Virus record (IMG/VR): IMGVR_UViG_3300025093_001645
Coordinates: 1 to 60,865 of that record
Direction: 5' to 3' (one strand)
Length of the DNA: 60,865 nucleotides
Origin: a virus
Taxonomy: Duplodnaviria; Caudoviricetes
A model generated the notes under the pieces. That model ran no database searches. It saw nothing but the letters and a program-made list of their open reading frames with translations, and was not told the DNA's origin. Positions 48,101 to 58,200 of this stretch are shown here, piece by piece. The stretch's first letter is position 1. Each line of letters opens with the position of its first letter. The position numbers were made by a program, and so were the translations under genes.

Positions 48101-51100
48101 GGGGCTCTCGCTGCAGCAACATTGAGTGATATATTAAATTCCAACTCCTTAAAGCAGTCTGCGAATGAAGCATATAAAGATCAATTATGTAAAACAAACT
48201 TAGACAGCCCTAACGATCCAAATGTTTTATCAAAATCGATTAAGGTAACTTCTATTTTAGCCTTTATGAGGGTTGTTATACTTGAAAATATTATACGTGG
48301 TTTGTTGATTTTTGCATCATTTGAGTTGTCGGAACTTTTGAAAAATAATATTATTTTTGCTCATATTCTAGCAAAATCAATAGAAAAAAGTGCTAATGAA
48401 TTTGTCGGTGATTACTATACCAAAATCGTAAATGTTTGTTTTGACATCTTAGTCAAGGAATTGACGAAAGGAAAAATAGTAAGCATTGATGGTAAAAAAC
48501 TTATGTTTAAGAGTTATAAAAAATCTGAAATGGCGGATGAATATAACAATATTAGTTCTGGTATTTATAACGTTAAATTTATACTGAAAACAAAAGCAGC
48601 AAGAAAATATTTGTCTGATGTAGAACAATCAGCAGTACTCTACGTCATATTAAAACAAATTGATGAGATTCTAGGACCATTGTCTGAAGCTTTGGAAACA
48701 CCTATTAAAGAAAAAATAAGCGTCAAAAATGCATTTTTAGCAACAGAAGAATATATGGATGTGCCATATCAATTGACAGATTATTCTCATTTTCTTGGTA
48801 ATAGTTTAGATACTTTCTTGCCATGGCGCTGGCTTAAGATACCGGCAGATCAAGAAGCATTAGGAAAAATTTATCTTGCACAAGCAAAATTAGGAAATAT
48901 TCCTGAAATTAACCTTGATAATTGGTTAGCGAACCTTACAACAAAAGAATTAGATATCCCAACATTGGGTCCTGTATCTGCTACAAATGTTAAAAGCAAT
49001 GATATGATGATTAGAAAAATTTTACAAAAAAACAATTCTACGTTTTATCAAACTCAGTGGTCTGACAGTGAAGAATATACAGGGAAGGCAGAAGAATCAG
49101 AAACTATACAAATTACTTATCTGCCGGGATCCACTAAATTCAAGAAAAAGGAAGATGAAGATGGAGATCTCCTCGATAGCGGTGATTTAAAATATGACAT
49201 TCGAACAAACTTAACTTCTTTGGGAGATGCTACAAAAAATGGTGGCTTTGTAATTCAAAAATATTTGAAATTAATTCCTCACAAGATGCAATTTCAAAAG
49301 GCATTAAATTTTAAAGCATGCTTTAATTTTGGATTTGATGGAGGAGCAATCTATAATAGACCCCCTTGGGAACTTCAAGCAGACACTCCATCAGTAGGAT
49401 CAGAAACTGGCTGGAAAGGCAGCATTGAAGCGCTACAAGATGATATTCCTCCTGATGGGGGCCCAATTCAAGATCCAGATGATCTTGATGAATCAAAATC
49501 AAACGCTTTTACTTCTGAATATGAGGGAGACTTGTATTGGGCTTTCAAATCTTCCCCGGAGTCAATTGACATTATAGATAATACATTAAATTATGAAAAC
49601 ATACATAAGAAAGACTACGTAAATCTTATGATAGAAGAAGAAGGATTTATAGTAAATATTAACGCTTTGGATATCGCTATTTTGAATAGTTTAGTTGGCC
49701 AAAACTTTGATTTAGACGATGAGAGCGAAAATGACTTTTTCTCTAATAGATTTACGAAACCAACTCCTGATGGATGGACAGATTCAGTGGATTATCTTTC
49801 CGAACTTGAGCTTTTAGGTAACTTACAACATAGTAAATTAGGAGATTACTTTAGAGATATTAAGATAGGCCAGCGTTTAGTGTATGTCTTTCCACATAAT
49901 ATGGACATTATCGACGATGGGCCTTATGGAGACATAACGGCTGAACAATTAGAAGTAATAGAAAAAAGTATTTCTGGTGGCTCGGCTGTATCACCAAAAA
50001 ATGAAAAATTTAAACTAAAGAATAAAAAATTTATAAAACAAGATTTTGTAGATCGTAGCTATATTTTAGACACAACAGATGAAACAAAAGACATTGCTGA
50101 TGATTCTGGAACTCTAAATGGTTCATTCGCTGGTATGCTTGGGGATAGCTTAATACAAATAGGAAACGATGAATTAACACAAAAATGCTTTAGCGAAAGA
50201 AAATATAGGACTGCGGAATTAGTTTTCGAAACAGCTACTGATGAACAAAAGAAGACACTAGCTGGTAATTCTATTGGCAATCCTGAAAAATCAAAATACA
50301 CTCTTGAAAAAGAGGCGAATATTAAGAGAATATATTCTATACCTATCGGAAAACCAGTTGAATTAACTTTGGCAGGCACAAAAGACTTAAAAATAAGAGA
50401 TATCTTAGACTGGTATGTGGACAAGCAAGACAACACTGGTCAAATTGAAAATCTATTTTTTGGCAACGACAAAAGATCTTTTATAGCACATAAGATTTAC
50501 ATAGCAAATGGGCCCAATAGTAACCTGTCAGCAGATGAATATATGACAAATAAATTATTGGGTGACTCTGAAAAGAAAGTCTCAAATTTAGTGCAAAATT
50601 ATATTTTTCCTGATAAAGTGTTAAAAACAATGGCATTGATGCACGTTATTAATTTTCCTAAGCCGGAAATGGCGGAAAATACTATTTTCAAAGCATCAAA
50701 ACAAGCAAGTGTTAATTTGATAAATGTATCAGAAGAGCCACAGAACAAATCATTCATAGAAAGTGAACTAACTGAACAAGGCGGCGCCCCAGCAAAGTTT
50801 AAAGAAGAGCTTGATAAATTAAGCGCTAGCAAATCCGATAATCCAATTGTTTCATATTTCCAGAAGCTTACTCCTAGATTTATTATGAGATATTTAGTAA
50901 GCTTGACAGATCCTGCATGGGCAAAAGCTTTTGAAATACAAAAGCAAACTGGTGCTAGTGAACTAGAATTATTCACCAAGATTATGTTTAGTGTAAAGCC
51001 AGTACCTCTGTTTCCTATAGCTCCATTTGGCATAACACCTCCAACAATCCAAGGATTGCAAAATTTAGGTGTTTTACCAGAAGAATTAGAGGAAGCTCAA

Positions 51101-51394
51101 GAAGAATATAATGAATTTATTAGATTATTTTGGCCTTTTGGCGATATTCGATATCCCATCACCGGCCTAGGTATGACTTATTTGGCTACTGGCTATGTTG
51201 AGCCGTTTAGCACGTATAATCAAATTAACAACCCAGATATAGTAGTTGGAGATAATATTCCAATTGATCAAATGGGATCTTATAGTTGTGAGCCAGGAAC
51301 AGAAGGTTTTAAAGCTGGACAAAGCCCAGATCCACAAAGTCCACAACAAGATTGGATCAATAAAGATGTTTTTGATCAAGCAGAGCAAGAATAA
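42179..51394 (+). CDS. Giant 3071-aa acidic protein, probably a virion or baseplate component
   Basis: Uninterrupted 9.2-kb ORF inside the baseplate module; possible SH3b-like segment (LAQLSHHTKVEVL...SKVRI...GFVDSRVL) and a DTDGDGVDD Ca-binding-like loop. Confidence 0.75.
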   Translation: MPEKLITLDDLKLVDAPKAANYLERLEALGRTADLERLTVLPTQLEGVNLTQYENAYITGDFEDKTLEETLYDFNGKNLIEDPNAPSSIKNNGFLTIYYLVRQIVEFGPPFNVENVLESVLGNSFKGVSEGTLLPATIETPEGEEENPEFKNRKIEISINNDKRVVNEADYVAFISKYPHVFEIGQTRINIIEALSKEPYTTVTTSTVENVIPSGTALLLNPGYEDPPDGTIIGTHFVDISSDPNKNQNQKLLLREGYVKSSVTNSKLKDGYDTIFIQKQVENFQQVEEKTFNLDQTEFKGAASRVLAQLSHHTKVEVLAEGFGKNAIFSKVRILDAPNSKDFVNNIGLVGFVDSRVLKRYSSYINEMRSYVTIQPDTDFSFDLELPKIEVPEPNESYIAPDWTNLDECEPYLDEKENTYNIALEYKTDSSASDYDIIFKGAAQLLSYYGKKSNITLPPETAITSNQQPVSFVGKLLKLNNGLFATIKERWSSDRQDKLIKYLVAIPRTYFEHPSLEINEFRAAVPRLEKLTEKTEGLAVQDVGFWWIIKTNRLKTTIKRLKKIIGKDFKRRATRAAKDGYALVPEPNFDEDVKIFDQVLPKLQDLLKLNDEKLDLKKRDVLAIGFDQEYRLKTAILQRKEDGQIISKYLRKGINCFGKEEPFSKPNINAYLRYYPEIKDAINKKKYHGLDMVVKFTYPPPEIVLNEASDASKKKQFPTQPKTPKEEDLLSTEAKTYKTKAEVQKENEKLIDPVLKEKKYEERRSVQIPNNDSVLDDFEALQRISNSEMMYDTVLNKVNFEEFVFAAQSCVMKFIPQAEINLLARKQTLKSLGYVDLKKLLFNSKFQADLAVKCQVENISPELASRIELLESEYDFYENKVIYSEIELAGLETGINVNSEDLGSFVQEQELIVEDFSEIDNLTTEFEEQPTNAVKNLVSDSSAAKDKKDALDKELTNRLMGILKEMGIEDCVLELLDEMSGTEISAELDAQVLGFDLGAKLKASTFDKTLEAEVDDVFKISVAPPTFEMAELPMDNDDPLLEIDVVVESAAAALVDTITSLFKSVMTEFLNTCADIDLGAILSNIGSKENNANDNLGVDSTFAEDLTDEQRFATRSVLMPPTVLDGLQTNKPGTLDIYRLLRDPRTDIDIISHILETMNEIPTTILTSEALELMDELSLALRPSEVCAMLLGTAKSPIYKLVLKIVRTSELENIKIVLSNTDKIKAFFKGLGMFIDLSFCIELSKNLSNVANYCENKLQDEWYCQQLEKKGFSKEECEQIISGNTERDKRRLEALNDLLNDELLSEVTPILCAVGNTGNESILNTPHMEQMADSVIGQMVDGVAVKFDMEVRGAKELFVDVEHIPGGGDLPRQPQLGRDYLTTNGLGAGSYSRALLPPHLDRKSTSELEEIIDNQTKQPDGAPEGFVPEEALEPYLFPADGPTAVKLAFEGKKPYLVDFGKQSRKSWPRNDINKRVVNKKLQTSLKIDNSNILSRSPINIIPNMLNGYKPETEFLLSSNEPAKRHFTMIDNHKLIEANYSTYLPVDIQAKVYTSKYREDAVQFLKEQYINFGEDSAGLLPQEAWDETIDGFSIDEDQIPSFLDVIDNYIENIKDNLPYSPPDYIGSIGGTGFAAEEQDFDQILSEGADLFGGLNDDEKSSLSQELQLYLQKQYGPDWSKLYYYSLNLFPSPKGALEKDIFYTNDVVMLPYIEAAAQLTVNELKENTPETSKLVEINYPKYIQLKANDFIQQVAPKSSEELKSIYSNIPLDQIHFRLYNHNSNFTPTSPPANSADNIPFEVQLVNVDLNFRLGLNTEWLEYIEDFSRAAETKNVKNESGLNIDDIDTAKRLSLQQYLLSKVLSTSLQDLSFSDKNLQTNILLSTFGLDTDGDGVDDLVVPMPEDVQVISPLTGRREKFEKSCLKIYDLVFASAVDRMLKNIADSEIFNIDIFDKLNLSNNTTSQQFLAKICFPQDGALAAATLSDILNSNSLKQSANEAYKDQLCKTNLDSPNDPNVLSKSIKVTSILAFMRVVILENIIRGLLIFASFELSELLKNNIIFAHILAKSIEKSANEFVGDYYTKIVNVCFDILVKELTKGKIVSIDGKKLMFKSYKKSEMADEYNNISSGIYNVKFILKTKAARKYLSDVEQSAVLYVILKQIDEILGPLSEALETPIKEKISVKNAFLATEEYMDVPYQLTDYSHFLGNSLDTFLPWRWLKIPADQEALGKIYLAQAKLGNIPEINLDNWLANLTTKELDIPTLGPVSATNVKSNDMMIRKILQKNNSTFYQTQWSDSEEYTGKAEESETIQITYLPGSTKFKKKEDEDGDLLDSGDLKYDIRTNLTSLGDATKNGGFVIQKYLKLIPHKMQFQKALNFKACFNFGFDGGAIYNRPPWELQADTPSVGSETGWKGSIEALQDDIPPDGGPIQDPDDLDESKSNAFTSEYEGDLYWAFKSSPESIDIIDNTLNYENIHKKDYVNLMIEEEGFIVNINALDIAILNSLVGQNFDLDDESENDFFSNRFTKPTPDGWTDSVDYLSELELLGNLQHSKLGDYFRDIKIGQRLVYVFPHNMDIIDDGPYGDITAEQLEVIEKSISGGSAVSPKNEKFKLKNKKFIKQDFVDRSYILDTTDETKDIADDSGTLNGSFAGMLGDSLIQIGNDELTQKCFSERKYRTAELVFETATDEQKKTLAGNSIGNPEKSKYTLEKEANIKRIYSIPIGKPVELTLAGTKDLKIRDILDWYVDKQDNTGQIENLFFGNDKRSFIAHKIYIANGPNSNLSADEYMTNKLLGDSEKKVSNLVQNYIFPDKVLKTMALMHVINFPKPEMAENTIFKASKQASVNLINVSEEPQNKSFIESELTEQGGAPAKFKEELDKLSASKSDNPIVSYFQKLTPRFIMRYLVSLTDPAWAKAFEIQKQTGASELELFTKIMFSVKPVPLFPIAPFGITPPTIQGLQNLGVLPEELEEAQEEYNEFIRLFWPFGDIRYPITGLGMTYLATGYVEPFSTYNQINNPDIVVGDNIPIDQMGSYSCEPGTEGFKAGQSPDPQSPQQDWINKDVFDQAEQE

Positions 51395-51435
51395 AATAAA
51401 TAAATTGATATTTATTAATAACTGGAGAAACACAG

Positions 51436-51807
51436 ATGCAAGGAATAGGACCAAAATTACCATTAGCGCCAAATGATATTGACGGTGCCGGCTTCGGATT
51501 AGTTAAGACCGTTGCAGAGGAAATTCAACAAAATCTAACTCATATAATTTTAACTTCTCCCGGTGAGCGAATAATGGATATTGATTTTGGTGTCGGTTTG
51601 CGAAGGTTCTTGTTTGAACAGATGATGCCACAAACAGAAGAAAAAATTGAAGCCCGCATATACAGTCAGGTAAATCAATATATGCCTTTTGTAAAAATAG
51701 AAAAAATAGAATTTTTTAAAAATGAATTTCTAAATTTATTAAGTGTTTCACTAACATATAATGTTCCAAGCATTAGTGAGAAAGATATTTTACTATTAGA
51801 ATTATAA
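51436..51807 (+). CDS. gp25: Baseplate wedge protein, GPW/gp25 family
   Basis: IQQNLTHIILTSPGERIMDIDFGVGLRRFLFEQ...YMPFVKI. Confidence 0.92.
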   Translation: MQGIGPKLPLAPNDIDGAGFGLVKTVAEEIQQNLTHIILTSPGERIMDIDFGVGLRRFLFEQMMPQTEEKIEARIYSQVNQYMPFVKIEKIEFFKNEFLNLLSVSLTYNVPSISEKDILLLEL

Positions 51808-51849
51808 TATGATTTAACTAATTATTATTATTGAAATTGAGGTACAAAA

Positions 51850-53655
51850 GTGGCGGTAAAAAAAACAGAACAATTAGCAATCGATTATACAGCCCGTGAT
51901 TTTTCCTCTATTCGGAATGAAATTACAACATTTGTAAAAAGATATTATCCAAATTCTTTCAAAGATTTTAATGAAGCTTCATTTGGATCTTTGATGATTG
52001 ATATGGTTGCATATGTCGGAGATATGTTATCCTTTTATTTAGATTATCAGGCAAACGAAAGTTTCTTGCAGACAGCCCTAGAGTTTGATAACGTTACCAA
52101 AATTGCCAAGCAAATGGGCTATAATTACAATGGAGTACCTACTTCTCACGGTGATGTATCTTTCTTTGCCTTGGTGCCGGCCCAAGGAACAGCTAATGGC
52201 CCAGATACTCGTTATCTTCCTTTGGTTAAAAGAGGTACTTTAGTTGGAACGCCCGGCGGCAGTATTTTTACATTGGCGGAAGATATAAATTTTCAAAATA
52301 GTGATGAGATTGTTGTTGCAACAGTAGATAATACCACTGGCTTACCACTAACATATGCCGTCAAGCAATCAGGAAAAGTAATTTCTGGCAAATTAAATAT
52401 TCAAGAGATAGAGATAGGCCAATTTCAGAAATTTCTTAAGGTTGAAGTTCCTGGTGGTCGCTCAATTGCAGAAATTGTTTCAGTTTATGATTCAAATGGA
52501 AATCAATATTTTGAAGTAGATTATCTTTCACAAGATGTGGTTTATAAAGAAATAAAGAATCCTGACATTACATCATCTGGATTAGCCCCACAAATAATAA
52601 AACCGATTTCCGTTCCACGACGTTTTGTTGTTGAAAGAGACGCAAATAGTGTATATTTACAATTTGGCCATGGAAGCGAGGCAGAAATAAAGACTGACCC
52701 AATAGCCGAGCCAAACAAGACTGTTTTAAATTTACACGGTAGAGATTTTATTTCTGAACAAACATTCGATCCATCAAACCTAATCAGTAGTGATAAATTA
52801 GGAGTTGCGCCTTCAAATACGACCTTAACTATTATATATCGACAAATAACCGGAGATCTCCTTAATGCACCAGTTGGGACTATCTCTGAAATTGTTAATG
52901 CAAAAGTTGTATTCACAGACAGACATAATTTAGACGATACATTATTGACAGCAGTTAATACAAGTCTAGAATGCGTCAATGAAGAGCCTATTGTAGGCGA
53001 TAATTTAGACGTTACAGTAGAAGAAGTCAAACAGCGCGCCTATGGATCATTTTATAGCCAAAATAGAGCTGTTACAGCGCAAGATTATAAGACAATGGTT
53101 TACTCAATGCCAGAGCAATTTGGAAGCATTTCTAGATGTGCAGTAGTCAGAGACAATAATTCATTTACAAGAAATTTAAATTTGTATGTTTTGGCTAAAG
53201 ATCGTAATGGCAAATTAACACAAGCTAATGAAACTTTGAAACAAAATTTAAAATTTTGGATTAATAGGCATAGAATGATTAATGATTCTGTTGATATTTT
53301 AGATGCTAGAATCGTTAATCTAGGAATTATTTTTGAAGTCTTGGGGGAAAATACTGTTACTAAATCTGTTGTTTTACAGAGATGCCAAAATGCATTGGCA
53401 GATTTATTCGAAATGAAGCCAGATATTGGAGAGCCCTTGAGTGTCACTAGGATTACTAAAGTTTTAAATTCTGTTGTTGGAGTTGCGGATACACTTAGTG
53501 TACAAATCATTCAAAAGGTGGGTGCAAACTATTCCGATGCATCATATGATATAGAACAAAATTATTCTGCAGATAGAAGATATTTATTGATGCCTTTTGA
53601 CGCGTCATACGAATTCAAGTACAAAAATTCAGATTTTGAGGGTACAGTTAAATAA
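51850..53655 (+). CDS. Baseplate wedge subunit (T4 gp6/baseplate J-like)
   Basis: YTARDFSSIR; DFNEASFG; AYVGDMLSFYLD; ESFLQTA; LQFGHG; QNRAVTAQDY. Confidence 0.9.
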   Translation: MAVKKTEQLAIDYTARDFSSIRNEITTFVKRYYPNSFKDFNEASFGSLMIDMVAYVGDMLSFYLDYQANESFLQTALEFDNVTKIAKQMGYNYNGVPTSHGDVSFFALVPAQGTANGPDTRYLPLVKRGTLVGTPGGSIFTLAEDINFQNSDEIVVATVDNTTGLPLTYAVKQSGKVISGKLNIQEIEIGQFQKFLKVEVPGGRSIAEIVSVYDSNGNQYFEVDYLSQDVVYKEIKNPDITSSGLAPQIIKPISVPRRFVVERDANSVYLQFGHGSEAEIKTDPIAEPNKTVLNLHGRDFISEQTFDPSNLISSDKLGVAPSNTTLTIIYRQITGDLLNAPVGTISEIVNAKVVFTDRHNLDDTLLTAVNTSLECVNEEPIVGDNLDVTVEEVKQRAYGSFYSQNRAVTAQDYKTMVYSMPEQFGSISRCAVVRDNNSFTRNLNLYVLAKDRNGKLTQANETLKQNLKFWINRHRMINDSVDILDARIVNLGIIFEVLGENTVTKSVVLQRCQNALADLFEMKPDIGEPLSVTRITKVLNSVVGVADTLSVQIIQKVGANYSDASYDIEQNYSADRRYLLMPFDASYEFKYKNSDFEGTVK

Positions 53656-55253
53656 TGGGTATTAAAAGATACATAGCTAATAAAGACAATACAATCACAA
53701 ATGCTTTTAATGAAAATTTGACAACAAGAGGAACAGGCTCAAATATGGGCGCCTCTGATATTTTAGAAGTATTCTCAATTTATGGCCAAACAACGAGATC
53801 CGGATCCACAACTGGAATTGCAAAAACACAAGAATTGTCAAGAGTTCTAGTACAATTTCCTGTTGATACAATTGTTACAGATAGAGCTTCTGGAGAACTT
53901 CCAGCCTCTGGAAATGTTGAGTTCTATTTAAGGCTTTTTAATGCTGAACATAGCAATACTACACCTAAAGCAGCAACATATATTGTTTCGCCAATTAGCT
54001 CCTCTTGGGAAGAGGGCTTAGGCTTAGATATGGACAACTACGCTGATAAAACTAAAAATAGTATAGGATCGAATTGGATTAAAAGAGCTGGATCGACTTC
54101 ATGGCAAAATATTGGTGGCGATTATTTAACAGCCTACAATAAGGTTAAAACACTGCCGAAAGGAACTGAAAATCTGGAAGTTGATATTACCGATATTGTA
54201 GAAAATTGGATTAAAGGTCAGTCTGGCGGAGGATATGAAAACTACGGATTGGGCGTCCGTCTCACGAGTAGCCAGGAAGCATATTTTTCAAGTTCCACAG
54301 GGATTGGTGTGGATAACTCAATACAAAATGTAAGTGGTGCGATAAGATCGTACTATACGAAAAAGTTTTTTGCAAGGTCGTCAGAGTTTTTCTTTATGAA
54401 GCCATTGGTTGAAGCAAGATGGGATTCAACGATAAAAGATGACAGAGGAAAGATAAATTATAGCAGCAGCTTGTTGACAGCAGAAGATAATCTTAATACA
54501 ATATTTTTATACAATTACGTCAATGGACAATTAAAAAATATACCTGGCGGCAATACAGTGTTTGTCCAGATCTATTCAGGATCTTCTACTGCTCCCACGG
54601 GCAATCCTTTGAATTTGGTAACAACAACGGAACACGTTAATTCTTCTAGTCCAACAGTAATTACTGGCGGCCTCTATTCAACAGGAATATATTCTGCTTC
54701 TTTCGCCCTGACGGCCGCTTCAACGCCTTTTACGACAATTTATGATGTCTGGTCCTTAGATGACTCTGGACAGCCTGGAATGCAGGTAAAAACAGGCTCT
54801 ATGGCGCCCCAAGTTTATAGTATATCAAGTCAAGCGATAGAGCAAGATTATGTATTTAATATAAGTAATTTGCGTTCTTCCTATATGAATACTGAAAAAG
54901 CACGATTTAAAGTTTTTTCTAGACTTAAAAATTGGAGCCCAACAATCTACACTGTAGCAGATGCAGATCCAGAAAATGTAATAATTGATAATATGTATTA
55001 TAGAATTACAAGAGTCATAGACAACCAGGAAGCAATATCTTTTGGAACAGGGTCTGCAGTATCTCCTGAAGCAGTAGGAAGCGCCTCTTCATATACTAGA
55101 CTTTCTTATGACGAAAACAATTCATATTTTGATATTGATATGTCATATTTAGAGCCTGGATATATGTATAGAATTGAACTTATACACTTTAATAACAATC
55201 AATTTGTTGGTGTCAATAAAAGTTTCAAGTTTAGAGTAGAAGGAGAAGTTTAG
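53655..55253 (+). CDS. Baseplate-associated beta-rich structural protein (DNRLRE-like N-domain)
   Basis: KDNTIT...SRVLVQF...YLRLF...SWEEG...VDITDIVENW...NYGL; translationally coupled to the gp6-like gene. Confidence 0.65.
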   Translation: MGIKRYIANKDNTITNAFNENLTTRGTGSNMGASDILEVFSIYGQTTRSGSTTGIAKTQELSRVLVQFPVDTIVTDRASGELPASGNVEFYLRLFNAEHSNTTPKAATYIVSPISSSWEEGLGLDMDNYADKTKNSIGSNWIKRAGSTSWQNIGGDYLTAYNKVKTLPKGTENLEVDITDIVENWIKGQSGGGYENYGLGVRLTSSQEAYFSSSTGIGVDNSIQNVSGAIRSYYTKKFFARSSEFFFMKPLVEARWDSTIKDDRGKINYSSSLLTAEDNLNTIFLYNYVNGQLKNIPGGNTVFVQIYSGSSTAPTGNPLNLVTTTEHVNSSSPTVITGGLYSTGIYSASFALTAASTPFTTIYDVWSLDDSGQPGMQVKTGSMAPQVYSISSQAIEQDYVFNISNLRSSYMNTEKARFKVFSRLKNWSPTIYTVADADPENVIIDNMYYRITRVIDNQEAISFGTGSAVSPEAVGSASSYTRLSYDENNSYFDIDMSYLEPGYMYRIELIHFNNNQFVGVNKSFKFRVEGEV

Positions 55254-58200
55254 TGCCAATTTTCGATATTGATAATGGCTTGGGCGCCCCCATAGATAAA
55301 GGTACAGGCAAAACTACATATGTCGGCGGCCATGGCAATAATGCTTCCCTTATTGGAGATGGATATGTTGATGATTCCACTCATCATAAAACAATTTCTT
55401 ACAATCCCCAGAAATTATTTACTGTTGGAAGCGGCACGGTAGCCAATGTTTATAATCAAGAAGCAGAGTCTATTGATACAATTGCTCTGACAAATTTGAA
55501 AGAAAGCAGGTTTATTCCGCATGTAGATTTTGGCACTGCATCAAATTTTGTTAAGTTTGGTTCTGCAAAAAAGTATTATGAAGATTCTTATAAAAGAATT
55601 TATAATTTTTATCCATATGATGGTTCAAAGAAAGAAAAGATTGAGTGGGAAGTATCTTCTTCTTATTTAGACAATTATATTTTTGATTACGTATATCCTA
55701 GAACGAATGGATATGTTAAAATTGGAACAAATAGTAGTTATACTGGTGCACCCTCTGCTAATTTCTCCCTACTTAGCAGCAGTATTCCAGAGTATATCTA
55801 CATCAAGGGTGGCCCTAATGCAGATCCAAATGCTAATTTTAAAAATAGCATAGGATCCGGTCCTAGTTCAAATTTTCTTTCAAAAGCAAATTATTATAAT
55901 GCTAACGACAACAGACAATCAAATTTAAAGCTAGATCCATCTGTCGGCGCAACAGTAGAATTTTGGATGAAAAAAAGCGCTTGGATTAGTGAAGCTTTAG
56001 AAAGACAAGAAACATTATTCCATTTGGTAAACTTAGGAACAACTGGAGGAGTCGACAGAGGAGATTTCAGAATATTTTGTTATGGTACTGATCCTGATAA
56101 AATATTTATGACATTTACTTCCGGAACGTTTAGTCAACAATATAGCGCTAGTTCAGGACTGACAGACATCGCAGATGATAGCTGGCATCATTACGCAGTA
56201 ACATTTGTGCACAATGAAACAAATTCAACTGCAATGAAGTTATACGTAGATGGCACTTGTGTTAATACGGATGTAGTTACAAGCATACTACCAGCAGAAA
56301 TAAATGGGGCCCTAGTGGCAACAATTGGCGCCAATGTAGCTCCAAGTTATGAAAATGGTGTTGGCTCTGGTGGTGATATTGGATGGGGCAAAGTCCTATC
56401 TTCTTCATTCGATGAATTTCGTTATTGGAAAAGGGAAAGAAGTGCAAAACAAATTGGTCGCTTTTACATTGATCAAATTAATGGCGGCACAAACACCGAT
56501 ACTTCAAACACTGATCTAGGAGTATATTATAAATTTAATGAGGGCATAACCAATACAAGTGTTGATGCTACAGTATTAGATTATTCTGGAAGAATTAGTA
56601 ATGGTGCGTGGGTAGGCTATACATCAGGTGCTCGCTCCACAGGATCAGCGATGATCGAAAGTTCTGCAACAACAATTGAGTTTAGGGATCCAATTATTTA
56701 TGATTTTCATCCTGATGTGCAATCAACTTTAGCTGATCTTGCTACGAAAGGAGATTTCTACGACAACTACAATACCTCTGCTTTAATTAATAATATTCCC
56801 GGATGGATTAGAGAACAAGATAGTGAGGAAGCTAGAGGATTAGAAAACCTAATTCAAATATTGGCCACATATTTAGATACTCTTTATTTACAAATTGAAG
56901 CACTCCCAACATTAAAAAACAAAGATTACATACGAGAAAGGGAGAAACCCTATTTCTTTAATCAAAAATTGCTATCAGATGTTGGATTTAATGTGGAAGA
57001 AATCTTGACAGATAATTCTTTATTTTCTTATGCATTTAACAGAGATGAGCAGATACTATTCCAAGAAAAACTTTACGATGTAAAGAATCAGATTTACAAA
57101 AATATTTATAATAACTTAATTCATATTAATAAAACAAAGGGAACAGAAAAATCATTTAGAAATTTATTAAGATGTATTGGTATCGATGAAGAGATTGTTC
57201 GCTTAAATACATATGCCAATGGTCAAGGCCAGATACTTGAAACAAGTTATCGAAAAATAAATTCAAAAAGAAAGTATGCAGATTTTTACAATAATCTAAC
57301 TGCATCAGTATATTCTTATAGAGATGCATCTAATCCAAATTCAACAGGCTATATTTCTGCTAGCAATTCAGCAGATGGTTTTGATAACATAGCGCCATAT
57401 ACCGTAGAATGTGAAGTAATTTTTCCAAGATATCCGGATGAGACATCTTATGAAAAACTTTTTAGAAGAAATTCTCCTCCATTTTCTGAATTATCTTCTT
57501 CTATCTTTGGCAAACATGGAGTAGTTGATAGTCAGACTGATACTAGCTGGAGAACCGGAGACACATCAGGTTTTCAGACATATGCGGTTCGAACAAGCGC
57601 TCTTGATGCAAATGCAGGTGTAAGATTTGTTTTAAACGCACCTGGTGCTACCGCATCTTTAGAGAGCCCGGTTTTTGAAGATGTTTATCAAAATTCAAAA
57701 TGGAATTTTGCAGTGAGCCTTACACCAGCTGGATATCCCTTCGCAAATCTTGTATCTGGGACGGTAAGCTCAACTTCGGCATCTGTTATAACATACGAAG
57801 GGTATAACGTATTAGAAAATCAAATCTTAAATAGCTTTAAAGTATCCGGAACAATCAATAATGTTTCCGGAATGTTTAATACTTCAACGAGATTATATGC
57901 CGGCGCCCATCGTCAAGACTTTACGGGTTCTGTTTTAAAATCATCAGATATATATGTCACTAATGTTAAATATTGGATGTCTAAATTAGATAGCGAAACT
58001 GTAAAAGCACACGCGATAGATGATGAAAATTACGGCTCTTTACATCCATATCAAAATACATTCTTGTTTGAGACTGGTACTCTTTCTTCTGTAGAAGTTC
58101 CAAATATGGCATCCTTGGCTCTCAATTGGAACTTTGATACTGTTCAGACAAGTAGCGCATCTGGTCGCTTCAATGTTGTTGATTTTTCATATGGAAATTC

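Larger units (their letters stand above)
836..51824. promoter_or_regulatory. Recurrent intergenic motif CTANTTA, candidate phage late promoter
   Basis: Found on the coding strand just upstream of starts at 836(+), 1462(+), 2931-2937(-), 2939(+), 3668(+), 11205-11211(-), 13776-13782(-), 13836(+), 21493(+), 24016(+) and 51818(+). Confidence 0.6.
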
